Positions 26,221 to 36,161 of a stretch of DNA of 57,870 bases are shown here, in pieces; the stretch's first letter is position 1, and every line of letters starts with the position of its first letter. A program made the translations under genes and the position numbers. The stretch comes from Streptosporangiaceae bacterium (GTDB lineage Bacteria; Actinomycetota; Actinomycetes; Streptosporangiales; JBOHCT01). The stretch covers positions 1 through 57,870 of the forward strand of contig JBOHCT010000001.1 in the NCBI GenBank assembly GCA_050699055.1. The letters run 5' to 3'. The notes beneath the pieces are model-generated. The model made no database searches, was not told where the DNA came from, and saw only the letters and a program-made list of their open reading frames with translations.

Positions 26221-27318
26221 ATGACACAAATGATCGACTGGGACCTCGCCGTGTCCGCGGGCGCCCGGCTGTGCCGGCCCGGCCCGCCGGTGAGCCTCGC
26301 CGAGGCGCGGCAGGCCGTGGGCGAGCTGCGGAGCCTTTCGCGGGACGCGGCGCGGCACGTACGCGACTTCACCGGTATGGCCGGCACAGTTCCCGGTGAG
26401 GAGGCGATGGTCGTCGATCGCCCTGGCTGGATCAAGGCGAACGTCGACGGTTTCCGCGTTGTCCTGGAGCCGCTCGTGCAGAAGATGGCCGAGCGCAGGG
26501 ACGCGATGCCGGGCGGCGGCCTGGTCACCGCGGTGGGCTCGCGCGTCACTGGCGTGCAGGTGGGGACGATTCTCGCGTACATGGCGAGCCGGGTGCTCGG
26601 GCAGTACGAGCTGTTCCTTCCCCCCGACCCGACCGGACGCTCTCCCGCGGGCCGCCTCACTCTGGTCGCTCCGAACATCGTGAGCGTCGAGCGGGAGCTG
26701 CTCGTCGACCCCCACGATTTCCGGCTGTGGGTTTGCCTGCACGAGGAGACCCACCGCACGCAGTTCACGACCGTTCCCTGGTTGCGCGATCATGTGCAGA
26801 GCGAGATGACGGCGTTCCTGCTCGCCTCCGATCTCGATCCCGCGGCCATCCTCGATCGGCTGCGTGCCGCCGCCGACGCGGTCACCGACGTCGTACGCGG
26901 AGGGGACGCGAATCTCCTCGACGCGATCCAGACGCCCGAGCAGCGGGTGATCCTCGACCGGCTCACAGCCGTCATGACGCTCATCGAGGGACACGGCGAC
27001 TACGTGATGGACGGCGTCGGCCCGGACGTGGTCCCGAGCGTCGCCTACATCAGGGAGAGGTTCCAGAGGCGCCGCGAAGGCGGCAGTCGCCTGGACCGGG
27101 CGATCCGCCGTGTCCTCGGTATCGACCTCAAGATGAAGCAGTACGCGGAGGGTCGCCGCTTCGTGCAGACCGTGATCGAGCGTGCGGGCATGGAGGGCTT
27201 CAACCGCGTGTGGGCCTCGTCGCGGACCCTCCCGACCCGCGAGGAGATCCTGCGCCCCGAGGAGTGGCTCGCCCGCGTCGTCGGCGACGGCCAGGCGAGC
27301 GGCACGCACGGGACGTGA
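26221..27318 (+). CDS. Zinc-dependent metalloprotease, DUF2342 family
   Basis: 365 aa. IDWDLAVSAGARL start, HEETHRTQF zinc motif. Confidence 0.75.
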   Translation: MTQMIDWDLAVSAGARLCRPGPPVSLAEARQAVGELRSLSRDAARHVRDFTGMAGTVPGEEAMVVDRPGWIKANVDGFRVVLEPLVQKMAERRDAMPGGGLVTAVGSRVTGVQVGTILAYMASRVLGQYELFLPPDPTGRSPAGRLTLVAPNIVSVERELLVDPHDFRLWVCLHEETHRTQFTTVPWLRDHVQSEMTAFLLASDLDPAAILDRLRAAADAVTDVVRGGDANLLDAIQTPEQRVILDRLTAVMTLIEGHGDYVMDGVGPDVVPSVAYIRERFQRRREGGSRLDRAIRRVLGIDLKMKQYAEGRRFVQTVIERAGMEGFNRVWASSRTLPTREEILRPEEWLARVVGDGQASGTHGT

Positions 27319-27324
27319 GGCCGC

Positions 27325-28320
27325 ATGGGTCCCGCGCCCGCCGTCGCAGCGGTCCGCCGGGCCGTCCGCGTGCGCCTCGCCGACCTGCCCCGTGACGCGC
27401 TGGTGGTGGCGGCGTGCAGCGGCGGGCCTGACTCGCTCGCGCTCGCCGACGGGCTCGCCTTCGAAGCGCCGCGCACGGGTCTACGGGCCGCGGGCGTCAC
27501 CGTGGATCATGGCCTACAGCGCGGTTCCGCCGAGCGGGCGGACACCGTCGTCCGCGCGATGCGCGAACTCGGCCTCGACCCGGCCGAGAGTGTGCGCGTA
27601 CACGTGGGCGTGGTCGGCGGGCCCGAGGCCGCCGCCAGGGAGGCTCGTTACGCGGCGCTGGACGCCGCCGCCGAGCGTCTCGGTGCGGCGGCCATCCTGC
27701 TCGGACACACGCTCGACGACCAGGCGGAGACAGTCCTCCTCGGGCTGGCCCGTGGCTCCGGGGCGCGGTCGCTCGCCGGGATGCCCGCGGCATCCGGACG
27801 TTACCTGCGGCCGTTCCTAGGGCTCCCCCGTTCCACCACCCGGGCGGCCTGCCGCGCGCGTGGCCTGGAGCCCTGGGACGATCCGCAGAACGCAGACCCT
27901 TCCTTCGCCCGCGCCCGCGTGCGGTACGACGCGCTGCCCGTACTGGAGCGGACGCTCGGTCCCGGCGTCGCCGACGCCCTGGCTCGCAGCGCGCGGCTGC
28001 TCCGCGACGACGCGGACGCTCTGGACGCGTGGGCTGAACGCGCGGGCGAAGCGGCCCGCGACGCGGAGGACCCCGTGGAAGAGAGCCTCGACGTCAAGGT
28101 GCTCGCGGAGCTACCCGCCGCGGTCCGTCGGCGGGTGCTGCGTCGGGCCGCCCTCGCGGCGGGATGCCCGGCCGGTTCCCTCGGCGCCGTACATCTGGCG
28201 GCCGCAGAGGCGCTCGTCCTGCGTTGGCGAGGTCAAAAGGGCGTCGATCTGCCGGGCGGGGTGAGCGTGCTACGCCGATGTGGCAGGCTGGCGTTCCGTC
28301 GGGAGTGGCCGCGCAAGTAG
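27325..28320 (+). CDS. tilS: tRNA(Ile)-lysidine synthetase
   Basis: PP-loop [31 protein letters not shown]. Confidence 0.9.
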   Translation: MGPAPAVAAVRRAVRVRLADLPRDALVVAACSGGPDSLALADGLAFEAPRTGLRAAGVTVDHGLQRGSAERADTVVRAMRELGLDPAESVRVHVGVVGGPEAAAREARYAALDAAAERLGAAAILLGHTLDDQAETVLLGLARGSGARSLAGMPAASGRYLRPFLGLPRSTTRAACRARGLEPWDDPQNADPSFARARVRYDALPVLERTLGPGVADALARSARLLRDDADALDAWAERAGEAARDAEDPVEESLDVKVLAELPAAVRRRVLRRAALAAGCPAGSLGAVHLAAAEALVLRWRGQKGVDLPGGVSVLRRCGRLAFRREWPRK

Positions 28321-28486
28321 GGCGGTGGATCGAGGAGCCGGTCAGCTGAGCGAGCATGGCAAGGCGGAGGAAGGAGTCGCAGCGGGCCTGCGTCGACTGA
28401 CGACAACGGAGCCAGGCGAAGCTCAGGGGCCGGCGAGTCCAGCGGCCCTACTTGCGCGGCCACTGAATAGGTACCGGAGGGCCCCA

Positions 28487-29041
28487 GTGGACGACAACGA
28501 CGTCGCCGGCGACATCGCGAAGATCCTCGTCTCCGAGGAGGATATCCAGGCCAGGATCGCGGAGTTGGCCGGGCGGATCGACGCCGACTACGAAGGACGC
28601 GACCTGCTCCTTGTGGGGGTGCTCAAGGGCGCGATCATGGTGATGGCCGACCTCGCCCGCGCGCTGCACCTGCCCGTCGAGATGGACTGGATGGCGGTGT
28701 CGTCGTATGGCTCGGGCACGCGCTCGTCCGGCGTGGTGCGGATCCTCATGGACCTCGACCAAGACATCGCCGGCCGCGACGTGCTGGTCGTCGAGGACAT
28801 CATCGACTCCGGGCTGACGCTCTCGTGGCTGCTCGGCAACCTCCGGTCGCGCGGGCCGGCCTCGGTCGAGGTGTGCGCGCTGCTGCGCAAGCCGGAGACC
28901 GCGCGGATGAACACCGAGGTCCGCTACGTGGGCTTCGACATCCCGAGCGAGTTCGTCGTGGGCTACGGTCTCGACTACGCGCAGAAGTACCGCAACCTCC
29001 CGTTCGTCGCCACCCTTGCTCCGCACGTCTACGCTGGGTGA
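28487..29041 (+). CDS. hpt: Hypoxanthine phosphoribosyltransferase
   Basis: [21 protein letters not shown] loop [24 protein letters not shown] 28487 lies within ORF 28280-29041. Confidence 0.9.
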   Translation: MDDNDVAGDIAKILVSEEDIQARIAELAGRIDADYEGRDLLLVGVLKGAIMVMADLARALHLPVEMDWMAVSSYGSGTRSSGVVRILMDLDQDIAGRDVLVVEDIIDSGLTLSWLLGNLRSRGPASVEVCALLRKPETARMNTEVRYVGFDIPSEFVVGYGLDYAQKYRNLPFVATLAPHVYAG

Positions 29042-29251
29042 ACCAGGGAACATCTGAGATGGGCGGGGCGTTGGATCGGACGCGTACTGAGCACGAAGCG
29101 CACACCCGGCGAGGCTGCGGCAGCGCCGGGTGCCGGTGTACCGTCTAGTGCGAATCATCGGGCTGGGCACGCACGACGTCCTTGACGCCGAAGCGGGTGT
29201 CGAGGCAGGGAGCTGATCAGGAGGCGACGGACCCACCAGGGTTCCTCATCG

Positions 29252-31306
29252 ATGGATCTCAAGCGCTATCTCCGCGGGCCGCTGCTCTGGATCCTGGCGA
29301 TCGGGCTGTTGGTCGTCATCCTGCTGCAGCTGTTCAGTCCCGGCGACTCGTACAAGAGCGTCGACACCTCGACCGTCGTTCAGGACATCAAGCAGAACAA
29401 GGTCGTGTCCGCCAAGGTCACGGACAAGGATCAAAAGATCCAGGTCACGCTGCAGAACGGCAAGAAGCTGCAGGCGTACTGGGTTCAGGGTCAGGGTGTC
29501 CAGCTGGTCAACCTGCTGGAGAAGAAGGTCGAGGCTGGCAACCTCGCGAAGGGTTACCAGGTCGAGGTCCCGCAGCAGAGCGTTCTCGTCCAGCTGCTGT
29601 TCAGCTTCCTACCCGTCGTCATCCTCATCCTGATCTTCCTGTGGATCATGAGCCAGATGCAGGGCGGCGGCTCCCGGGTGATGAACTTCGGCAAGTCCAA
29701 GGCCAAGCTGATCACCAAGGACACGCCCAAGACAACCTTCTCCGACGTCGCCGGGGCGGACGAGGCGATCGAGGAGCTGCAGGAGATCAAGGAGTTCCTG
29801 GAGGCGCCCGCTAAGTTCCAGGCGATCGGCGCCAAGATCCCCAAGGGCGTCCTGCTGTTCGGCCCCCCGGGCACCGGCAAGACCCTGCTCGCCCGCGCGG
29901 TCGCCGGTGAGGCGGGCGTACCGTTCTACTCCATCTCCGGCTCCGACTTCGTCGAGATGTTCGTCGGTGTCGGTGCCTCACGCGTCCGCGACCTGTTCGA
30001 ACAGGCCAAGGCCAACGCGCCGGCCATCGTGTTCATCGATGAGATCGACGCGGTCGGCCGGCACCGCGGCGCCGGGCTCGGCGGCGGCCACGACGAGCGC
30101 GAGCAGACGCTGAACCAGCTGCTCGTCGAGATGGACGGCTTCGACGTCAAGGGCGGCATCATCCTGATCGCCGCGACCAACCGTCCCGACATCCTCGACC
30201 CCGCGCTGCTGCGTCCCGGCCGGTTCGACCGCCAGATCGTCGTCGACAGGCCCGACCTCGAGGGCCGCAAGGGCATCCTGCGGGTGCACGCGCGCGGCAA
30301 GCCGCTGGCCAAGGACGTCGACCTCACGACCGTCGCCCGTCGCACGCCCGGCTTCACCGGGGCCGACCTGTCCAACGTCATCAACGAGGCGGCGCTGCTC
30401 ACCGCCCGGGGCAACCAGCGCCAGGTCACCATGGCCACGCTCGAAGAGGCCATCGACCGGGTGATCGCCGGCCCGGAGCGCAAGACCAGGGTGATGAGCG
30501 AGAAGGAGAAGAAGATCACCGCCTACCACGAGGGCGGTCACGCGCTCGTGGCCCACGCGCTGCCGAACTCCGACCCCGTCCACAAGGTGTCCATCGTGTC
30601 GCGGGGGCGCTCACTCGGGCACACGCTCGTGCTGCCGACCGAGGACAAGTACACCCAGACCCGCTCGGAGATGACCGACCAGCTCGCGTACCTGCTCGGG
30701 GGACGTGCGGCGGAGGAGCTCGTCTTCCACGAGCCCACGACCGGCGCGGCCAACGACATCGAGAAGGCCACGGAGATCGCCCGGCGCATGGTCACCGAGT
30801 ACGGCATGAGCGAGCGGCTCGGCGCCCGCAAGTTCGGGGCCGGCGACAGCGAGCCGTTCATCGGCCGCGAGTACGGCCACCAGCGTGACTACTCCGAGGA
30901 GATCGCGTCCGCGATCGACGCTGAGGTGCGGCGCCTGATCGAGGCCGCGCACGACGAGGCGTGGGAGATCCTCACCGAGTACCGCGATGTCCTCGACAAC
31001 CTCGTTCTCCGGATGGTCGACAAGGAGACCCTGGACAAGAACGAACTGCTCGAGATCTTCACCCCGGTCCGGAAGCGGGAGGCCCACCCCTCCTACACTG
31101 GCTACGGTAAGCGGCTGCCCTCGGCCAGGCCGCCGGTCACGACCCCGGAGGAGGTGGCTGTCGTACAGACCGGTGACTTGCAGGGCCTCGGCAACGGCAG
31201 CGGGCGCAGCGACGGCCGGCGTCAGCACGACGGCACTGCGCAGGCCGATACCGTTCAGGAGCAGGATGAGGAGCAGCAGTCGCCCCGTTACGACGCGGGG
31301 GACTGA
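29252..31306 (+). CDS. ftsH: ATP-dependent zinc metalloprotease FtsH
   Basis: Two N-terminal TM segments, AAA Walker [17 protein letters not shown] zinc site. Acidic/Q-rich C-terminal tail. Confidence 0.97.
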   Translation: MDLKRYLRGPLLWILAIGLLVVILLQLFSPGDSYKSVDTSTVVQDIKQNKVVSAKVTDKDQKIQVTLQNGKKLQAYWVQGQGVQLVNLLEKKVEAGNLAKGYQVEVPQQSVLVQLLFSFLPVVILILIFLWIMSQMQGGGSRVMNFGKSKAKLITKDTPKTTFSDVAGADEAIEELQEIKEFLEAPAKFQAIGAKIPKGVLLFGPPGTGKTLLARAVAGEAGVPFYSISGSDFVEMFVGVGASRVRDLFEQAKANAPAIVFIDEIDAVGRHRGAGLGGGHDEREQTLNQLLVEMDGFDVKGGIILIAATNRPDILDPALLRPGRFDRQIVVDRPDLEGRKGILRVHARGKPLAKDVDLTTVARRTPGFTGADLSNVINEAALLTARGNQRQVTMATLEEAIDRVIAGPERKTRVMSEKEKKITAYHEGGHALVAHALPNSDPVHKVSIVSRGRSLGHTLVLPTEDKYTQTRSEMTDQLAYLLGGRAAEELVFHEPTTGAANDIEKATEIARRMVTEYGMSERLGARKFGAGDSEPFIGREYGHQRDYSEEIASAIDAEVRRLIEAAHDEAWEILTEYRDVLDNLVLRMVDKETLDKNELLEIFTPVRKREAHPSYTGYGKRLPSARPPVTTPEEVAVVQTGDLQGLGNGSGRSDGRRQHDGTAQADTVQEQDEEQQSPRYDAGD

Positions 31307-31313
31307 GGCAGAC

Positions 31314-31928
31314 GTGGCCGGCGAGCACGCCGGTTTCGCCGGGCCTCGCGGCACGAGCGGCTTCGACCTTCCGCGGATCGAGCGTGCCGTGCGGGAGATC
31401 CTGATCGCGATCGGTGAGGACCCGGACCGTTCGGGGCTTCGTGCCACACCCACCCGCGTCGCCCGCGCGTACGCCGAGCAGTTCGCTGGCCTGCACCAGC
31501 GTCCCGAGGACATCCTGACGTCCATCCTCGACGCGGACCACGACGAGATGGTCCTCGTGAAGGACATCGAGGTGGCGTCCAGCTGCGAACACCACCTCAC
31601 CCCTTTTTACGGCCTCGCCCACGTCGGTTACATCCCGAACGAGAAAGGCCAGATCACCGGCCTGTCGAAGCTCGCCCGCCTGGTCGACCTGTACGCCCGA
31701 CGCCCACAGGTACAGGAGCGGATGACCGCGCAGGTCGCCGACGCGCTCGAAAGCGTGCTGGAGCCGCGCGGGGTGATCGTGATCGTCGAGGCCGAGCACC
31801 TTTGCATGACGATGCGTGGCGTACGCAAGCCCGGCGCCAAGACCGTTACCTCGGCCGTACGGGGGGAGTTCCGCGACTCCGACCGCACCCGCGCCGAGGC
31901 GATGAGCCTCATCCTCGGCCACGGCTGA
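31314..31928 (+). CDS. folE: GTP cyclohydrolase I
   Basis: [40 protein letters not shown]. Confidence 0.95.
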   Translation: MAGEHAGFAGPRGTSGFDLPRIERAVREILIAIGEDPDRSGLRATPTRVARAYAEQFAGLHQRPEDILTSILDADHDEMVLVKDIEVASSCEHHLTPFYGLAHVGYIPNEKGQITGLSKLARLVDLYARRPQVQERMTAQVADALESVLEPRGVIVIVEAEHLCMTMRGVRKPGAKTVTSAVRGEFRDSDRTRAEAMSLILGHG

Positions 31929-31940
31929 CCCCGCGACTCG

Positions 31941-32004
31941 CGCCGATCTTGAACTTATCGGGGGGTTACTCGTGAGTAAGAGCCCGACAACTTCAAGATC
32001 GGCG
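31941..32004. repeat. 64-nt hairpin repeat, family 1, copy A
   Basis: cgccgatcttgaacttatcggggggttactcgtgagtaagagcccgacaacttcaagatcggcg. 22-bp outer stem (2 mismatches) plus inner palindrome ttactc-gt-gagtaa. 56/64 identical to copy B at 44030-44093. Extra caagatcggcga at 32027-32038. Confidence 0.85.
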
Positions 32005-32072
32005 ACTGAGGGGGTGGGGCGCGCCGCAAGATCGGCGATTGGGAGGCGCCCGGGCGTCGTTAGGGTGACTCT

Positions 32073-32999
32073 ATGACCGACGCCGCCACCCCGAGCGCGC
32101 AGACGCCGGCACCGGAGCCGGCGCCCGCCGTGCGGGGTATGCCGGCGCCCGGCCGCTGTCTGGTCATGGGCGTCGTGAACGTCACCCCCGACTCCTTCTC
32201 CGACGGCGGCCGGTGGTTCGACCGCGGTGCCGCGATCCGCCGCGGCCTCGACCTGCGCGACGAGGGCGCGGACATCGTCGACGTCGGCGGCGAGTCGACC
32301 AGGCCCGGTGCCGTGCGCGTCGACGAGGAGGAGGAGATGCGGCGGGTCGTCCCCGTCGTCGCCGAGTTGTCGGATGCCGCGGTCACGGTGAGCGTCGACA
32401 CCATGCGGGTGCGCGTGGCCGAGGCCGCGGTCGAAGCCGGAGCGCGCATGGTCAACGACGTGAGCGGCGGCCTGTCCGACCCGGAGATGCCGCGCGCCGT
32501 CGCCGACGCCGACGTGTCGTACGTCGTCATGCACTGGCGTGGCTACGGTCACGAGATGCAGCGCCGGGCGGTCTACCGGAATGTGGTGCGGGAGGTGGTC
32601 GACGAGCTGAGCGGGCGTATGGACGCCGTGACGGGTTGCGGGGTCGACCCGGAGCGCATCGTGCTCGACCCGGGCCTCGGCTTCGCCAAGACGGCGGAGC
32701 ACAACTGGACGCTGCTCGCCCACCTCGACCATGTGCGCGGGCTCGGCCGGCCGGTCCTCCTCGCGGCGTCGAGAAAGACATTCCTCGGCCGGCTCCTTGC
32801 CGCCCCCGACGGTACGCTCCGGCCGGTCACCGACCGCGAGGACGCCACCGTCGCGGCGACCGCGCTCGCCGCTTTCGCTGGAACGTGGGCGGTCCGCGTG
32901 CACGAGGTGCGCCCGAGCGCCGACGCCGTCCGGGTCGCCGCGGCCTGGCGGGCGGCGGAACAGGTAGCGGAGCAGGCGACAGAGCGGGCGGCGCGGTGA
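32073..32999 (+). CDS. folP: Dihydropteroate synthase
   Basis: VMGVVNVTPDSFSDGG, DIVDVGGESTRPG, SVDT, NDVSGG, DPGLGFAK. Confidence 0.95.
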   Translation: MTDAATPSAQTPAPEPAPAVRGMPAPGRCLVMGVVNVTPDSFSDGGRWFDRGAAIRRGLDLRDEGADIVDVGGESTRPGAVRVDEEEEMRRVVPVVAELSDAAVTVSVDTMRVRVAEAAVEAGARMVNDVSGGLSDPEMPRAVADADVSYVVMHWRGYGHEMQRRAVYRNVVREVVDELSGRMDAVTGCGVDPERIVLDPGLGFAKTAEHNWTLLAHLDHVRGLGRPVLLAASRKTFLGRLLAAPDGTLRPVTDREDATVAATALAAFAGTWAVRVHEVRPSADAVRVAAAWRAAEQVAEQATERAAR

Positions 33000-33442
33000 G
33001 TCGGCTCGGTCCCCAGCCGGAGGGCCCGGGGCCCGACGCCCGGGCGGTCGAGGCCGCGAACGCGGAGCTGTACGCCGCCTTCGAGGAAGGTGATCTCGAT
33101 CGCATGGAGGAACTGTGGGTGGGCGGACCCTTCGCCGATAGCGCCGTGTGCGTCCATCCCGGTTCGCCTCCGCTGCGGGGACGAGAGGAGGTTCTCCGCT
33201 CCTGGACCCTCCTGATGGCCAATTTCCCCTACGTCCAGGTCGTGCTGACCGACGTCGACGTCTCCGTGGCCGGCGACGTCGCCGTGGTGACCTGCGCCGA
33301 AAACACGCTCGCCGGTGAGGGTGACCGGGAGATCAGCTTCGACTACGGGGGAAGGGTCGCCGTGACGAATGTGTTCCGACGTACGGAAGAAGGGTGGCGA
33401 CTGTGGATCCACCACGGATCGCCCGTGCTGAGCGATCCGTGA
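32996..33442 (+). CDS. NTF2-like (SnoaL/DUF4440) protein within the fol operon
   Basis: AANAELYAAFEEGDLDRMEELW...WRLWIHHGSP. GTGA overlap with the folP stop. Confidence 0.65.
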   Translation: MSRLGPQPEGPGPDARAVEAANAELYAAFEEGDLDRMEELWVGGPFADSAVCVHPGSPPLRGREEVLRSWTLLMANFPYVQVVLTDVDVSVAGDVAVVTCAENTLAGEGDREISFDYGGRVAVTNVFRRTEEGWRLWIHHGSPVLSDP

Positions 33443-33828
33443 GACTCGACCGGCTGGCGATCTGCGGCCTTCGTGCGCACGGGCGGCACGGCGTCCTCCC
33501 CTGGGAGCGAGAGAAGGGACAGACGTTCGTGGTCGATGTGGTACTCGGCCTGGACACCGAAGTGGCGGCCGAGTCCGACGATGTCGCCCGCACCGTCGAC
33601 TACGGTGCCTTGGCGGGACGCGTGGTCGCCGCCGTCGAGGGCGAGCCTGTGCTGCTCATCGAGACGCTCGCGGGACGTCTGGCCGGGCTCTGCCTCGCCG
33701 AGGCCCCCGTCGAGGAGGCCGAGGTCACCGTGCACAAGCCGGAGGCGCCGATCACCGTGCCGTTCGACGACGTGTCCGTAACGATCGTACGGAGCGATCG
33801 AGGGAGGCCCCAAAGGAGGGAATTGTGA
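33439..33828 (+). CDS. folB: Dihydroneopterin aldolase
   Basis: DRLAICGLRAHGRHGVLPWEREKGQTFVVDV...TVDYG...HKPEAPI. Confidence 0.9.
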   Translation: MRLDRLAICGLRAHGRHGVLPWEREKGQTFVVDVVLGLDTEVAAESDDVARTVDYGALAGRVVAAVEGEPVLLIETLAGRLAGLCLAEAPVEEAEVTVHKPEAPITVPFDDVSVTIVRSDRGRPQRREL

Positions 33829-34367
33829 CGACTGACGATACACCGCTGCACGCGACCGGTCAGGCACGTCGGGCCAGGCTCGGGCTTGGCAGCAACCTCG
33901 GCGATCGGCGGGCCATGCTGCAAGGTGCCGTTGACGCGCTGGGTGACACCCCCGGTGTGGACGTCGTCGCAGTCTCCCCTGTCTATGAGAGCGCACCCCT
34001 TGGCGGTATGGACCAGCCCGACTACCTCAATGCCGTTGTCGTGATCGACACGACCCTGTCCGGCGAGCTGCTGCTGGAACGCGCGCACGCGATCGAGGAC
34101 GCGTTCGGCCGGGCGCGGGCGGAGCGCTGGGGGGCCCGGACCCTCGACGTCGACATCCTGACCTACGCCGAGCACGTGAGCGAGGACCCTGAGCTCACCC
34201 TTCCCCACCCCGGCGCGCATGAGCGTTCCTTCGTGCTCGTCCCGTGGCATGACGTCGAGCCCGAGGCAGAGGTCCCCGGCCGCGGCCGGGTGAGGGAACT
34301 GGTCAACTCGGTCGGCCCCGCGGGCGTGCGACGCCGCGACGACCTGGAGCTTCGGCCGTCGTCATGA
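33825..34367 (+). CDS. folK: 2-amino-4-hydroxy-6-hydroxymethyldihydropteridine diphosphokinase
   Basis: LGLGSNLGDR, RWGARTLDVDIL, LTLPHPGAHERSFVLVPW. Confidence 0.9.
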   Translation: MTTDDTPLHATGQARRARLGLGSNLGDRRAMLQGAVDALGDTPGVDVVAVSPVYESAPLGGMDQPDYLNAVVVIDTTLSGELLLERAHAIEDAFGRARAERWGARTLDVDILTYAEHVSEDPELTLPHPGAHERSFVLVPWHDVEPEAEVPGRGRVRELVNSVGPAGVRRRDDLELRPSS

Positions 34368-34855
34368 GTGCTACGCGGATCTCCACCCTGGTCGCCGTCG
34401 CTGTGTCCGTGGGGGCGATCGTGTGGTACCTCCTGCGCCTCGCCTACGAGGATCTCCCTCCGCTGCCCTGGACGATGGTGCCGACCCTGCTCCTCCTCGG
34501 CGCCGTCGAGCTGATGAGCGCCATGAACATCCGCGCGCGTGTCCGCAGGCAGCGGGGCGCCCCTCCGATCGAGCCGCTGCGCGTCGCCCGCATGGTGTCG
34601 GTCGCGAAAGCGAGCGCCTACGCCGCGGCGTTGTTCGCGGGCGGTTTCGCGGGGGTGCTCGCCTACGTCCTCCCGTCCCTCGACATAGAGGCGTTTCAGC
34701 GGGACGCGTTCGTGAGCGGGTCGACGCTCGGCTCGGCCGTCCTCTTCGGTGCGGCGGCCCTGTTCCTCGAGCACGCGTGCCGGGTCCCTCGCCCGCCGGA
34801 CGAGGGGGAACGCGGCTGGGACCGACGCGGCGGTGATCCTCTGCGACGGCCCTGA
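34364..34855 (+). CDS. DUF3180 membrane protein (conserved partner of actinobacterial fol operons)
   Basis: 163 aa, 4 hydrophobic segments. ATGA overlap with folK. Confidence 0.65.
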   Translation: MSATRISTLVAVAVSVGAIVWYLLRLAYEDLPPLPWTMVPTLLLLGAVELMSAMNIRARVRRQRGAPPIEPLRVARMVSVAKASAYAAALFAGGFAGVLAYVLPSLDIEAFQRDAFVSGSTLGSAVLFGAAALFLEHACRVPRPPDEGERGWDRRGGDPLRRP

Positions 34856-34881
34856 CCCACTCATCCGCTGTGACGGAGACC

Positions 34882-34911
34882 GCGGCGTGTACAACCTGAG
34901 GTGTACGCCGC
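34882..34911 (+). terminator. Hairpin (11 bp incl. 2 G-U, 8-nt loop) downstream of the fol operon
   Basis: gcggcgtgtac-aacctgag-gtgtacgccgc read directly. 27 nt after the DUF3180 stop. No U-tract. Confidence 0.35.
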
Positions 34912-34964
34912 CATCGACCCGGCGACGGACGTTCCCGTAGAGGTCAGGCACGTACCCTTGTGGC

Positions 34965-36161
34965 GTGCTGTGGGGTCCGGTGCGCGCCTGGCGAGGGGGA
35001 CGGGCGTGGCTGCGGGCGCACCCGCGCCTGGCCGACGGTCTGGGCATCGCCCCGGTCTTCCTGATCAACACGGTCTTCGCTGTCAGCTCTCTCCGGTACC
35101 CGGCGTTCGTGTACGTCGCCGTGGCGTTCGCCCTGTGCGCGCCGATCGTGGTCCGGCGGCAGTGGCCGCGCGCGGCCTTCGCGGCGGTGGCGCTCGTCGC
35201 GTTCGCGCAGTGGGCGCTTGGCATCACGCTCATGCCGGCCGATCTCGCGCTGTTCGTCGCGCAGTACACGGTGGCCACACGCTGCGAGCGTCCGTACGCG
35301 GCCGTCGCGGCGTGCACGATGGGAATCGGCGCGGTGCTCGCCGTAGGGCGCTGGACCCCTGTCTTCTGGCCGCAGAACCTCATCCCGTCCGCGATCTTCA
35401 TCGGTGCGGTCTGGGTCCTCGGGCACAGCGTGCGGACACGGCGGGCCTATCTCGCCGGCCTGGTCGAACGGGCCGTCCGAGCCGAGCGCGAACGTGACGC
35501 GAACGCGCAGGTCGCGGCGGCCGAGGAGCGCGCGCGGATCGCGCGCGAGCTGCACGACGTCATCGCGCACAGCATGAGCGTCATGGTCGTGCAGTCCGAC
35601 GGTGCGGCGTACGCGATCGACGGCGACCCCGCGCGGGCCAAGGAGGCCTTGCGGACGATATCGTCGACCGGCAGGCAGGCGCTCACGGAGATGCGCCGCA
35701 TGCTCGGGGTGCTCCGCGCAGGCGAGGGTGAAGGCGACACGTACGCTCCACAGCCGGGGGTCGCCCAGCTGAGGGAGCTGATCGACCAGGTGCGGCGGTC
35801 GGGGATCGTGGTCGACCTGGCCGTCGAGGGCGCGCCGAAGTCGGTGCCGAAGGGTCTGGAGCTGGCCGCCTACCGCGTCGTGCAGGAGGCGTTGACGAAC
35901 ACGCTCAAGCACGCCGGGCCGCAAGCGAGCGCGGCGGTGCGGCTGCGGTACGGCGATGACACGCTCGACGTGTCGGTCGTCGATGACGGCCGGGGTGCGG
36001 CCGCGCCTGCGCCGGACGGCCAGGGGCACGGGCTGAACGGGATGAGGGAGCGGGTGGAGATGTACGGCGGTGCGGTCCGGGCGGGCCCGCGTCCAGGCGG
36101 CGGCTACGAGGTGGCGGCGCGGATGCCGCTCGAGGAGTCGGACCGGACGGTGATGTCATGA
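34965..36161 (+). CDS. Sensor histidine kinase (HisKA_3 / NarX-LiaS type)
   Basis: Multi-TM N-terminus, H-box ERARIARELHDVIAHSMS, HATPase N/G boxes (QEALTNTLKHAG, GHGLNGMRERV). Confidence 0.9.
   Translation: MLWGPVRAWRGGRAWLRAHPRLADGLGIAPVFLINTVFAVSSLRYPAFVYVAVAFALCAPIVVRRQWPRAAFAAVALVAFAQWALGITLMPADLALFVAQYTVATRCERPYAAVAACTMGIGAVLAVGRWTPVFWPQNLIPSAIFIGAVWVLGHSVRTRRAYLAGLVERAVRAERERDANAQVAAAEERARIARELHDVIAHSMSVMVVQSDGAAYAIDGDPARAKEALRTISSTGRQALTEMRRMLGVLRAGEGEGDTYAPQPGVAQLRELIDQVRRSGIVVDLAVEGAPKSVPKGLELAAYRVVQEALTNTLKHAGPQASAAVRLRYGDDTLDVSVVDDGRGAAAPAPDGQGHGLNGMRERVEMYGGAVRAGPRPGGGYEVAARMPLEESDRTVMS

Noticed and set aside
28280-28486. 69-codon N-terminal extension of hpt
   Set aside because: It reads through the family 2 intergenic repeat. 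Its copy at 48519-48570 carries an indel, so the sequence is non-coding. HPRT homology starts at GTG 28487.
29103-29132. 9-bp stem hairpin (cacccggcg/cgccgggtg) between hpt and ftsH as a terminator
   Set aside because: It has no U-tract, and hpt-ftsH are commonly co-transcribed. The evidence is insufficient to call a feature.
31137-32903. 588-aa minus-strand ORF. Similar long antisense ORFs lie at 1639-3198, 34944-36029, 37235-39040, 39503-40801, 41082-42362, 42011-43165 and 12950-14335.
   Set aside because: All are antisense to motif-bearing genes, have low-complexity R/P/G/A composition, and lack plausible starts or SDs.
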